Shown here: positions 11,501-21,909 of the stretch, piece by piece
How the letters are laid out: the number at the start of each line of letters is the position of its first letter
Numbering within the stretch: position 1 is the first letter of the stretch
NCBI RefSeq assembly: GCF_001194135.2
Contig: NC_068983.1
Span: forward strand, 144,705,524-144,738,715
DNA from: Octopus bimaculoides
Taxonomy: Eukaryota
Direction: 5' to 3'
Length of the DNA: 33,192 nucleotides
Program-made: the position numbers and the translations under genes
The notes under the pieces: model-generated
Told to the model about the DNA's origin: nothing
The model's database searches: none
What the model saw: the letters and a program-made list of their open reading frames with translations, nothing else

Positions 11501-12777
11501 ACATATGTGTGTGTGTGTTCGTATGTATATATGCATTGATCCCTTCTATACAGTATATATATATGCATGTATTCACACACACACATTGAGTCACGCATAC
11601 ATTTACGTATGAATAAAGTGGGAGAGAGACATGAGTGAGAGGGACTAGAAGAGAATTTGACAAATAAAATAAATTACTTTTACTAAAAGTACCAAATTTA
11701 TTGTATTAAAATCACCTGTCCAAATAGATTGCCAATTCTTTTTTGGTATTAATTGGCAAGCTTTAAGACATAGATCGTTTGGCAAATGGTGTAAACACAA
11801 GAAATGAAAATGATAAACAAATGAATAGATAAATAATCTAACAAGAAAGTGGACGTAATAAAAGTTGGACCGCTTTTGATCAATATAATAGATCTGGGAT
11901 TAAACATCGATAACACACACAACTGCACTTCTTAAGGGCACATTACAAAATCACCATCGAGGGAGGTGGTACGTGAACAGTCCAGGAATAAATATAGCAG
12001 CCAATCTTCCTTGAGAGGAGAGACACATTCAATATTAAAACTATAGACACATTTTGGCTGAAGGAAATGGTAACTCTCTTAGGTCAGCACCATTTGATAA
12101 TATTCCTGTAGAACTGTGCATAAAAAGCAGAATGGCTGATTGTTTCGTTGGGATTGGTCAGGTGATGAAGTCATCCCTGATAGCCCCGATGAAACCCCAA
12201 CAAGGGTAAAAAATCGATGAAGGTTGTTCATTATTTTGTAAAACCTCGGATTAATAGTTAAATTCGACATGGTTGTATGTTAACTAGGTGAGTTTACCTA
12301 CCTACCTAGCTACCTACCTATCTACCTACCTACCTACATACATACATACATACATACATATATACATACATACGCACACACACACACACACATAAATATA
12401 TATATATATATATATACATACACATACATATATACATGCAAAAATACCTTGTTGATGTTGAAAATTCAACGAAAAAGCCTTGGATCTAGGTTAGGAACCA
12501 TCCCTTTCTCTATTGGCGAGACATTTTGATATAAAACTGAATAATGGCATACATACATATACATACATATTTACACACACACACACACATATATATATGT
12601 ATGTATGTATGTATGTATGCATATATATGCATGTATGTATGTATGTATGTATATGCATGTATGTATGTATGTATGTATATATATGCACGTATGTATGTAT
12701 GTATGTATGCATATATGTATGTATATATGCATGTATGTTTGCAGTCGTGTATGCTTGTCAAAAGCAGGGCTCATTAG

Positions 12778-12878
12778 NNNNNNNNNNNNNNNNNNNNNNN
12801 NNNNNNNNNNNNNNNNNNNNNNNNNNNNNNNNNNNNNNNNNNNNNNNNNNNNNNNNNNNNNNNNNNNNNNNNNNNNNN
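12778..12878. other. assembly gap (101 N) with duplicated flanks
   Basis: About 200 bp to the left (~12567-12777) is repeated immediately to the right (12879-13097), differing mainly in microsatellite length. Confidence 0.9.
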
Positions 12879-12902
12879 CATATTTACACACACACACACA
12901 CA

Positions 12903-12936
<34 letters not shown>

Positions 12937-13045
12937 CATATATATGCATGTATGTATGTATGTATGTATATGCATGTATGTATGTATGTATGTATATATA
13001 TGCACGTATGTATGTATGTATGTATGTATGTATGTATATATGTAT

Positions 13046-13200
13046 ATATGCATGTATGTTTGCAGTCGTGTATGCTTGACAAAAGCAGGGCTCATTAGCC
13101 ACCAACGGAGCCGCAAATGCAAAATATAAGTTAGTCCTAGAGCGCACAATGTTCCTGAAGGTCGGCAATGGTCTTCCTCGGTCAATAATGGACGGGCATC
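13046..13200 (+). mobile_element. RTE-clade LINE 3' end (5'-truncated) with (ATGT)n tail
   Basis: Reads [23 protein letters not shown] (stop 13127-13129), resembling the C-terminal Cys/His motif of RTE ORFs. A short 3' UTR (CAATGGTCTTCCTCGG) and a tetranucleotide tail follow. Confidence 0.65.
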
Positions 13201-14084
13201 ATGCATGTATGTATGAATGTATGTATGTATGTATTATGTATGTATGTATTATGTATGTATGTATGCATGTATGCATGTACGTATCTCTGTATGTATGCAG
13301 ATGTGCACACATATTAATCTAAACGTCTATGCCTATAAATGCATGTGTGTGTAGTTGCATATGCGCCAGCACAGTACAAACGGATCTAATTATACAATTA
13401 CGTGTTAGTTTGTCTCAAACACATTTCTATAACGTCATATGTTCACAAACATACAACGAAGTATGTATACACACATAAGCAGTCAAATATGCATCTTTGA
13501 GTATGGTTGCATGCGCTTGCGCGCGTGTATGCGTTTGTGAGACCGCGCGTGTACATGTATTTATGTGTGTATTAATTTCTTCCTTCCTCATGTATTTTCT
13601 GTCTTCCCCACAATAGCCCTATACCAATTTAAATGTATCGACATTATTCGTATGTTTACATGTAAAAAGTATGCTTCAAAGTTTGTGGAAACATAAATTG
13701 CCTCCTTCACCTGTATAACAAGCTATCATACAAAGAGGTATGTATCTGGATATATGCATACAGACATTCGTAACTCATAGCTATCTTGAACTCTCATTCA
13801 ACTGCATACAACTTTTGCGTAGTTTGGGTATGGAAACATCAAGTAGACGAGAAAATTATGTTTAGATGCTTTGCGTAATAAGTATAAATAAATATCTGAT
13901 AAAATACATTAAAAAATGAATATTCTTCTGCTAGAAAATGAAACGAAGGGCAATAAGTATTAGTAAAAATAAATAAGAACAACTTACAATAAATAAAAGG
14001 AAACTACGGTTATATTAGGTACGTACAACAACCGTAAAAATAAGAATATAAAAATATTTTCAAATGTACATATGAATAAATACA

Positions 14085-14167
14085 TACACAGAGATATACA
14101 CACACATATACATACATACATATATACATACATACACATACACACATGTATATATATGTGTGTGTGT

Positions 14168-14213
<46 letters not shown>

Positions 14214-14376
14214 CACATACATATGTATTTCTCTGTCTGTCTGCCTGCTTGTCTGCCTGTCTGTCTGCCTGTCTGCCTGTCTGTCTGTCTGTCTTTGTCT
14301 GTCTGTCTCTGTCTGTCTGTCTCTGTCTGTCTGTCTCTCTCTATGTCTCCATCTCACTCTCTTTCTCCTCCCCTTA

Positions 14377-14418
<42 letters not shown>

Positions 14419-14425
14419 CATATAT
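14085..14425. repeat. compound microsatellite field (CA/TA/TG/CTGT/CT/CA)
   Basis: Directly visible. It explains the overlapping low-complexity ORFs here. Confidence 0.9.
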
Positions 14426-14963
14426 ACTGAAATATTAATATTCAGATGTTTAAGCTAGCTAGTTTTGTTTAGTTATTAAGTTATCCCTTTGTTCTTTATT
14501 TTGTTCTACTTTTGGTATATTTGAATAATGTTTACAATTTCAACTTTAATCAATTTCTTTTTAATTTACTGTCTTTAAAGATTTACCATATATATCACAA
14601 TATACATACTCAAACATCCATACATACACACCCATACATCCTCACAAAACTATAAGATGTTTTTTTTTTGTAGATTGAGTAATGAAAGAAGCAAATTTTC
14701 AATTGATATGACAGATTACTTTGTAGACAGAAACTAGACAAAGTATTCTACATTAACATTGATAGTAAATATATATATATCAGTTCAAATTAAGGAATAC
14801 AGTAGCTGAGCTGGAAGATATACTACAAAGGAGAATATGTATGCGTGTTCGTACGTGTATGAGAGAGAGAGAGAGACAGACAGAGAGAGAGACAGAGAGA
14901 GGGAGTAAAAATGTGTATATTTGAGGGTGAAAAAGACAGAGACAGTGATTCTAGGTACATGTA

Positions 14964-15017
<54 letters not shown>

Positions 15018-16028
15018 GTTTTGCCTCAGGTCAGTAAGACTCAGATTTATCAGATTTCTGATCAATGGCATCTAGATATACCCAATGATATTTATAAGAT
15101 TTATCATCTGTGTTCTAGGTGGCATAGTGAAATTTGAGATAGGTTTTGGTATAATTTTTAAAAAATTGACTAGCCATTTAGATGCCTCTCGATTAGCTGA
15201 ACGGACGAGTCGTATTCTGATAGCTGGAAAATTGATGCTTTGTATATTCATACCAGTGCTACTCAGTATTAACTATTCAGTTATATTTCACTATATTTGC
15301 ACACGATTCTCTATAGGTCCTGTATAACAGGGCCGTGTAAGATTACAGCTTGTAGCTATACACAACAGAGGTACTTGACAAACCGACGGGGAAGTTACAA
15401 TTACTTAAGCTGCTAGAAATAACAACAAATCTCGCTTAAATCTCATATTTTCGGCTGAAGAGTGAAAGATCAGTTTAGATAACGTAGTCTTATAACCCTT
15501 TAAGTTAGGTTCTATGTTTTTTGGGTGTTCACTCAATGTCGGAAATGATATGATAATAACAAAGTAAGTATTGGATCTGTCACGGGTTGTCAGCTTATCC
15601 TCAGTACATAGCGCATAATCCAAGCAGTGTTTAGACGCAGTACATGATGAAAATTTTGTTGTTTTCATTCTTTACTGTTATGCATATTTTAATTTACGTG
15701 AACATGGAGGTGCATATGATGACCAGCACTATTATTGTTATATGGACTGTTAGATTTGTAATTCGTCTGACGTTCCGTGTGTCATGTGGTTCGTCTGAGT
15801 TCATTGTTTCATTGTTGTTGTCTTGTGGGACTGTCGTAGTAAAATGTCATTGAGATATATATGGCGGACATGACTTTTGTTTATTCATAACGAACATTGG
15901 GTGAGTGCGCTCTTTGTATGTAATTGAATAATAAATGTAATAATTAAATTTGTATAACTCGTTGTGTTATCTCTGCGAGTCACCCGAGGGAAATACAACA
16001 ATTATAATTACGCTGAATTCCTATGTTA

Positions 16029-16321
16029 NNNNNNNNNNNNNNNNNNNNNNNNNNNNNNNNNNNNNNNNNNNNNNNNNNNNNNNNNNNNNNNNNNNNNNNN
16101 NNNNNNNNNNNNNNNNNNNNNNNNNNNNNNNNNNNNNNNNNNNNNNNNNNNNNNNNNNNNNNNNNNNNNNNNNNNNNNNNNNNNNNNNNNNNNNNNNNNN
16201 NNNNNNNNNNNNNNNNNNNNNNNNNNNNNNNNNNNNNNNNNNNNNNNNNNNNNNNNNNNNNNNNNNNNNNNNNNNNNNNNNNNNNNNNNNNNNNNNNNNN
16301 NNNNNNNNNNNNNNNNNNNNN
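16029..16321. other. assembly gap (293 N)
   Basis: Run of N. Confidence 1.
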
Positions 16322-16828
16322 TGTGTGTGTGTGTGTATGTCTGCCTTCCTGTGTCTTTGTATATACTTCGCTAGTTTACAATCGCAAAAGGTGTAAATAA
16401 GAATGAAAAAGAATACGGAAACGTGCTTTTCGGGCGAAGTTCGTTGCAGTGTTTATTTTGCACCGTTGTTACTTATTTGTCGCTTGTGATGCTAAACATG
16501 CCTTGAACTAGAGGAAACTGCAACCAACAACGTTATTTTCACCAATCTACTCTTTCACATTTCACAGTAATATTATTTGGAATCTAAGGCCTATTGCACC
16601 TCGCCAATAAAAGAAATAACTGTTAGTTTTTCAAATCAAGTATATAAATGAGGTGAATCGAAGCTGTGGAATAAAAACTATTTCTATATTAATAATGTAA
16701 ATAAAGTAGAATACAACCAAATAGAAATGGAACGTGCAGCACCAATATTGTTTGTCTGGTGCCTTCTTTTATTTTCCCAACAATATTTTCTTTACCTAAG
16801 ACAGATTTCTAACGATTAGACCGGTCTC

Positions 16829-16970
16829 GGTACTTATCAAGTATTTTATCGTATCAACTCCTGAAGAAAGAAAGGAAATGCTGACTCCTGTGCGATTTGA
16901 ATTTAGAATGTTAGCTTATGCTACTAAATGTAGAAAGGCACTTTGTTCGATTATCTGGCCATCCGCCACA
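16829..16970 (-). mobile_element. degenerate SINE remnant, family of 25257-25460
   Basis: TTTTATCG..CCTGAAGAAAGAAAGG..TGACTCCTGTGCGATTTGAATTTAGAATG loosely matches the reverse complement of the 25257 SINE. Confidence 0.4.
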
Positions 16971-17620
16971 CTTTCTATAGGTAATTTTGATAACAAATTG
17001 GTACTGAAGATTTAAAATCTCATGATGCTTTAAAAAACATAAACTAAAATCTTTTATTGAACAAGAATTATATCTGTTACCCTTTCAATGCTAGAGGTTT
17101 TGTTATTCAAAATATGCTTAAATAAATTCAAGATTAGTAAATAAATCATTTGAAGCTCACTCTGCTAAACAATACTCTAAAGCAATACTTCTCAAATAGT
17201 GCGCTGCAAGGCGTATCCAGGTTCACTGCAGATTTTCAAAAGTATAATTTAAGTCTTTAAAAAAATCCATACTCATGTTTGAACGTTTTAGAAAACGTGT
17301 TATTCATAATTTTGTTATACGCAAGTATGATTAATAGCATAAGATTAGCAATAGTTTCTCTCTATTTCTTTTTTTTACACTTTTAGCTTTAAAATACATT
17401 TATTAAACTTTTTCATGTAAATTCCGACAGCAGTTTTTAAGTTTACATACAAAGTGTACCAGTTTGCTCTCTAATCCGACACGAAATCATAAAGCTTGAG
17501 ATCCACTGCTCTAATGATGCAGCTCCTTTGTTTAAATAGTTTACGATTTACTTTTCGGAGATAAACTTGCTCATGACTCATGATTGATTGGATATATTCA
17601 CATATAATTTTCTATTGCAG

Positions 17621-17719
17621 AAAGCCATTTTCAGTGCAGTAACGGCCTCTATATTCACAAAGACAAAGTTTGCGACTTCCACAGAGATTGTTTAATAGAC
17701 CACGATGATGAAACTAACT
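17621..17719 (+). CDS. GRL101: internal coding exon, atypical LDL-receptor class A module of a GRL101-like LDLa-LRR GPCR
   Basis: Acceptor TTTTCTATTGCAG| and donor |GTAAGT at 17720; 99 bp, phase 1/1. Translation xSHFQCSNGLYIHKDKVCDFHRDCLIDHDDETN(C) keeps the FxC, CD, DC and DE LDLa motifs, with Cys3 replaced by Tyr. The exon call is strong. The gene name rests on a remembered Lymnaea GRL101 Cys pattern. Confidence 0.85.
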
Positions 17720-18769
17720 GTAAGTATTCGAAATTCCTTATGTGTGTTCCATTCATATCAGTATTTTAATTAACCATTATAATATTTCTTAGATACTATT
17801 GTTGTCATATTTTTATTGAAAATATTTACAAAAGAAGATTTGATACTGATTATCTGTTTCAGTCAAATATATGCTCATCAATACATTGATTTTAACTGTC
17901 AAATTGTTCGGACATTAATCAATAGTGAAACAGTGGTACCACAGACGTGTTTTGTATGAGAACGAATAAAATATATGCCTGTAGCTATTGTGTATTCCTG
18001 GGCAACCGTGATCATAGAAACTGGCATAACAATTCTGTCGTATGTTTCCAGATAATGTATATCTAGCCCCAGACAAATATGTTGTTCAATTTTTTTCAAT
18101 TCAATTCGGAGTAATTTCAAGCAGATTCGGTTAAATTCATTACAAGCTAAGCACTGCATAGAGGCTCTCCTTTATGTGTTACTTTAATGTAGATAAGACT
18201 CACAAAGGCTTCTTGCAAAGTATTAATCAAATATGTCTTAGTACAGAGATCGTCTTCCTGAGAGCTATTTTCTTGTGTACACGTCTTTTACTCTTCTGAT
18301 TCTGATAAATTACATATTACACACAGTATGATTTTCCAGATTGAAAAACACTTTTTCTAGCATCACTAGAGAATCTACTTTCGGTACGTAGCCAGACCTG
18401 ATCATCCCTAATCGAATAACGTAATTAATTTAATAAAGAAACACTATTTTGTCATTTTATGTTAATGAAATACAGATCACATTAAAGTAATTAATTTGAC
18501 TAATTACTGTCGTTATTGGAACAACTGAATCTAATAGAAAATTTGGAAACACTTTTGAACTTAAGCAATTAGTACTGTAAATAAATTTGACCATGTTTGT
18601 TACAGTACAATAACAGTATATCGTAAAAGTGTATCATTGTAGTTTAGTATAGAGTCAATGTATCAATAAGTGAAGTGGTTGACTACGTTCAAATGTACAA
18701 ATTAAGCACATTTGTTTCAACTATATATTACAATAAAAAATAAAGAATTGAAAGCAATATATATATGTA

Positions 18770-18935
18770 TATATGTATGTATGTATGTATGCATGTATGC
18801 ATGTATGTATGTATGTATATATGCCTGTATGTATGTATGTATATATGTATGTGTGTGTATGTATGTATGTATGTATGTATGCATGCATGTATGCATGTAT
18901 GTATGTTTGTATGTATGTATGTATGCATGTATGTA
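18770..18935. repeat. (TATG)n / (ATAC)n microsatellite
   Basis: Directly visible. It abuts the 3' end of the RLE LINE remnant. Confidence 0.9.
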
Positions 18936-18939
18936 TGAA

Positions 18940-19476
18940 TATGTGCAGATTTTTATGTTTTGGTTATGTATGTATTCTCATGCATATAGTTGCATATCTA
19001 GACATGCTCATATATATCTAAATGACAAACTTCTGGAANNNNNNNNNNNNNNNNNNNNNNNNNNNNNNNNNNNNNNNNNNNNNNNNNNNNNNNNNNNNNN
19101 NNNNNNNNNNNNNNNNNNNNNNNNNNNNNNNNNNNNNNNNNNNNNNNNNNNNNNNNNNNNNNNNNNNNNNNNNNNNNNNNNNNNNNNNNNNNNNNNNNNN
19201 NNNNNNNNNNNNNNNNNNNNNNNCCTTTTCACTGATCTTCAGCTTTATGCCAACATCCGCTAGGCAGCTCATTTTCTATATACAGTTGCTCTTCTTCATC
19301 GCAGATCATTATATTAGGTCTGATGGGTTTTACATTTTATTAAGGTCTTCACTGGAAAATTCCACCAGTATTCCTTCTTATTGTGAGTGACTATGGCTTC
19401 TACCATACTGTAGGTTCTTTGTTCTTTGTTCTCGGGGTTATGCTTCCGATGGATTTCATTATAGAGTGTAAATAGG
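18940..19476 (-). mobile_element. non-LTR retrotransposon 3' remnant with restriction-like endonuclease (R2/R4/NeSL-type)
   Basis: The minus strand across frameshifts reads EYWWNFPVKTLIKCK / RPNIMICD / MSCLADVGIKLKISEK, matching the RLE pattern RPD..E.SCPAD...K..EK. A weak IKIC motif lies near 18945. The element is interrupted by a 185-N gap (19039-19223). Support is strongest for 19224-19476. Confidence 0.75.
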
Positions 19477-19495
19477 TATGTATATATGTATATAC

Positions 19496-19496
<1 letters not shown>

Positions 19497-19554
<58 letters not shown>
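19497..19554. repeat. (TATC)n microsatellite
   Basis: Directly visible. Confidence 0.95.
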
Positions 19555-20316
19555 CATATATAGGCACGTGACCAACTGATTAGGTTGCTGCACTCTCGAT
19601 CACAAGATCTTGTTTTTGTGCAAAACATTTCCTTCCAACTGTTATTGAGTAACCCTGTGGTGGACAGGCGTCGCGCTCAGGGGGAAGTCTGATGTCGGCT
19701 ACTGATACACCATCGAAAACCAAGTCCTTGGACTCGAAACAGTAATGTGAAAATGACTTACTACTGGTTGTCCTCTTTTTGCTTCACAAATTCAGCAGGA
19801 GTTTTTCGAACAGCACTGAGCAAACAGTAAACGGATAACGCCCTCCTTGCACTCTTACCATGTTCACCGTCCAAACTGGAGAGACTTGGAAAACACGTGC
19901 TGGTCGTCTTCGTTAATTTTATCCTCTGTTTCTTTTGAGGTATGCTATAAGAAAGCCAACTTTCTTTGAGATATCTTGTTGGTCTTGGATTCTGACTACA
20001 AACTCAGATTAAATTTATATTGTTGTATTTTCTTTATGTATCAGAATTATGCACTTACACATTTGGTAGTCTCTATTTTAATTTAATAGCTATTGAGCAA
20101 TATAAGACTTTTGATTTCACGCTTTTATGCCAAATATATAACTCATAAAGTTTGATTCAGTCGATTGTGCATATACGTGCAAGTCGGTCACATGTAGATT
20201 TACTGCAGTGCAATAATGTATTAGAGTTTTCTGTCCTGTAATTATTTGAGGTCTAAATTGCTTTGAAATCATTCTCTGATGTTTATCCTTCAAACTGTAT
20301 TGATATAGATAGATAG

Positions 20317-20386
<70 letters not shown>

Positions 20387-20821
20387 TGTGTGTGTGTTTG
20401 TGTGTGTGTGTGCGTGCGTATGTATATAAATATACATGCATACATACATACATATGCGCATGCCCGTGCTTGTGTGTCTGTAGTAACTGTAATAAACAAA
20501 AGCCAAAAAGAAATAGCAATTATTCTGAAACTAAATTAAACCCGAATTTTTTAAACAATTACAGTGATAACGATAGTATCAATACACAACAAAGCATTCC
20601 AATTGCAGTATTATTTTGAATAACAGATCGCTAATTTGATTGATTCCAGACGAATCAGTTGCGTTCACATTGCTATGTACAGTGGATATTAGGAATCGGA
20701 TTCTCTATTCCCATCATTTCCGATTTTAGAGAAATTATGCCGAGAATATATGTTATCATGTCAATAAATTTTATAATTTCGTCGCAGTTTCACCACGTGT
20801 GTACATGCATATATGCAATGT

Positions 20822-20884
<63 letters not shown>

Positions 20885-20885
<1 letters not shown>

Positions 20886-21130
20886 CCAATCTAACGTGGC
20901 AGCCAAAGAAATAGGACAGACACTGCAGTTGATTAGCTCTGGAGACGATCGCATCTAGCTAGTTTTATGACGCACAAATCTGCGTCTATAAACCTTCTAA
21001 CAGGGGAGATCATCCACTCCCCCTTGCTGGCTTGGCATCCACAGACCGGTTTCGGGGTCATTGCCCCTTATCATTGTGGAGTCGGCGAGACCACCAAAGG
21101 TTACTGTTGACCTCTGTCCGTAGGTTTTAT
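20885..21130 (+). repeat. copy 1 of a local ~310 bp interspersed repeat (left-truncated)
   Basis: Collinear with 21243-21490 (AAATCTGCGTC, TTGCTGGCTTGGCATCCACAGACC, CCCTTATCA.TGTGGAG, CTGTTGACCTCTGT). Confidence 0.85.
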
Positions 21131-21178
21131 TTATATATATTCAGTGAAACACATTCACCAATTTTCAAAAATAGAAAT

Positions 21179-21490
21179 GTTATAATTTCTAAATCTCTCT
21201 AAAGGAGAGTTACAGCAGCAGTACTGGGTATTGATATTTATTGCCAAACTAACTTGGCAGTCCAGAGAAATAGGACGAATGCTGCTGTTGGTTATCTCCG
21301 TGAGGCGATCGTCTCTAGGTAACTATATGATGCATAAATCTGCGTCCATAAACCTTCGAACAGGGGAGGTCATCAATTTGTCCTTGCTGGCTTGGCATCC
21401 ACAGACCATGTTCGGGGTAGTTGTCCCTTATCAATGTGGAGCAGACGAGTCCAGGAGGGGTCGCTGTTGACCTCTGTTCGAAGATTTTAT
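21179..21490 (+). repeat. copy 2 of the ~310 bp repeat (longest copy)
   Basis: Matches copy 1 directly and copy 3 in inverted orientation. It ends at a (TA)n array (21498-21548). Confidence 0.9.
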
Positions 21491-21496
21491 GTGTAA

Positions 21497-21549
<53 letters not shown>

Positions 21550-21553
<4 letters not shown>

Positions 21554-21775
21554 TGTGGATGTCAAGCCAGCAAGAGGTTGATGACCTCCCTTGTTCGAAG
21601 GTTTATGGACGCAGATTTGTGCCTCATGTAGCTAGCTAGAGGCGATAACCTCTCGGAACTAATCAACAGCAGCATTCGTCTTATTTCTTTGGACTGCCAT
21701 GTTGGTTTGGCAATAAATATTAATACCCAGTACTGCTTCTGTATCTCTCCTTTAGAGAGATTTAGAAACCATAAC
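21550..21775 (-). repeat. copy 3 of the repeat, inverted
   Basis: The reverse complement aligns to 21179-21407 with about 30 differences in ~229 columns (manual count, ~87%). Confidence 0.9.
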
Positions 21776-21838
21776 ACGCACGCGCACGCGCGCGCACACA
21801 CGCACACACACACATGCGCGCAGACACACGCGTGTGTT

Positions 21839-21842
<4 letters not shown>

Positions 21843-21905
<63 letters not shown>

Positions 21906-21909
21906 GTGC
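21843..21909. repeat. (TG)n microsatellite
   Basis: Directly visible. Confidence 0.95.

Noticed and set aside
12491-14458. Many ORFs rich in YIHT/MYVC/CVCV repeats here and at 18712-19021, 20117-20619, 26951-27287 and 30679-31283
   Set aside because: They are translations of di- and tetranucleotide microsatellites or N-gaps, not genes.
16415-16510. ETCFSGEVRCS...RCYLFVACD resembles an LDLa start
   Set aside because: It needs a frameshift, has wrong Cys spacing, lacks DC/DE motifs and has no splice sites.
750-19321. Catalytic Asp-to-Asn changes in three unrelated TEs (mariner x2, PLE-1 YRND, RLE RPN), suggesting targeted deamination
   Set aside because: Asp-to-Asn is always GA-to-AA, so the apparent context is forced. 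G-to-A is the commonest change in an AT-biased genome and four events are uninformative.
20885-21775. Repeated units considered as a CRISPR-like array
   Set aside because: The units are >200 bp, diverged and partly inverted, with no short repeat-spacer periodicity, in a eukaryotic context.
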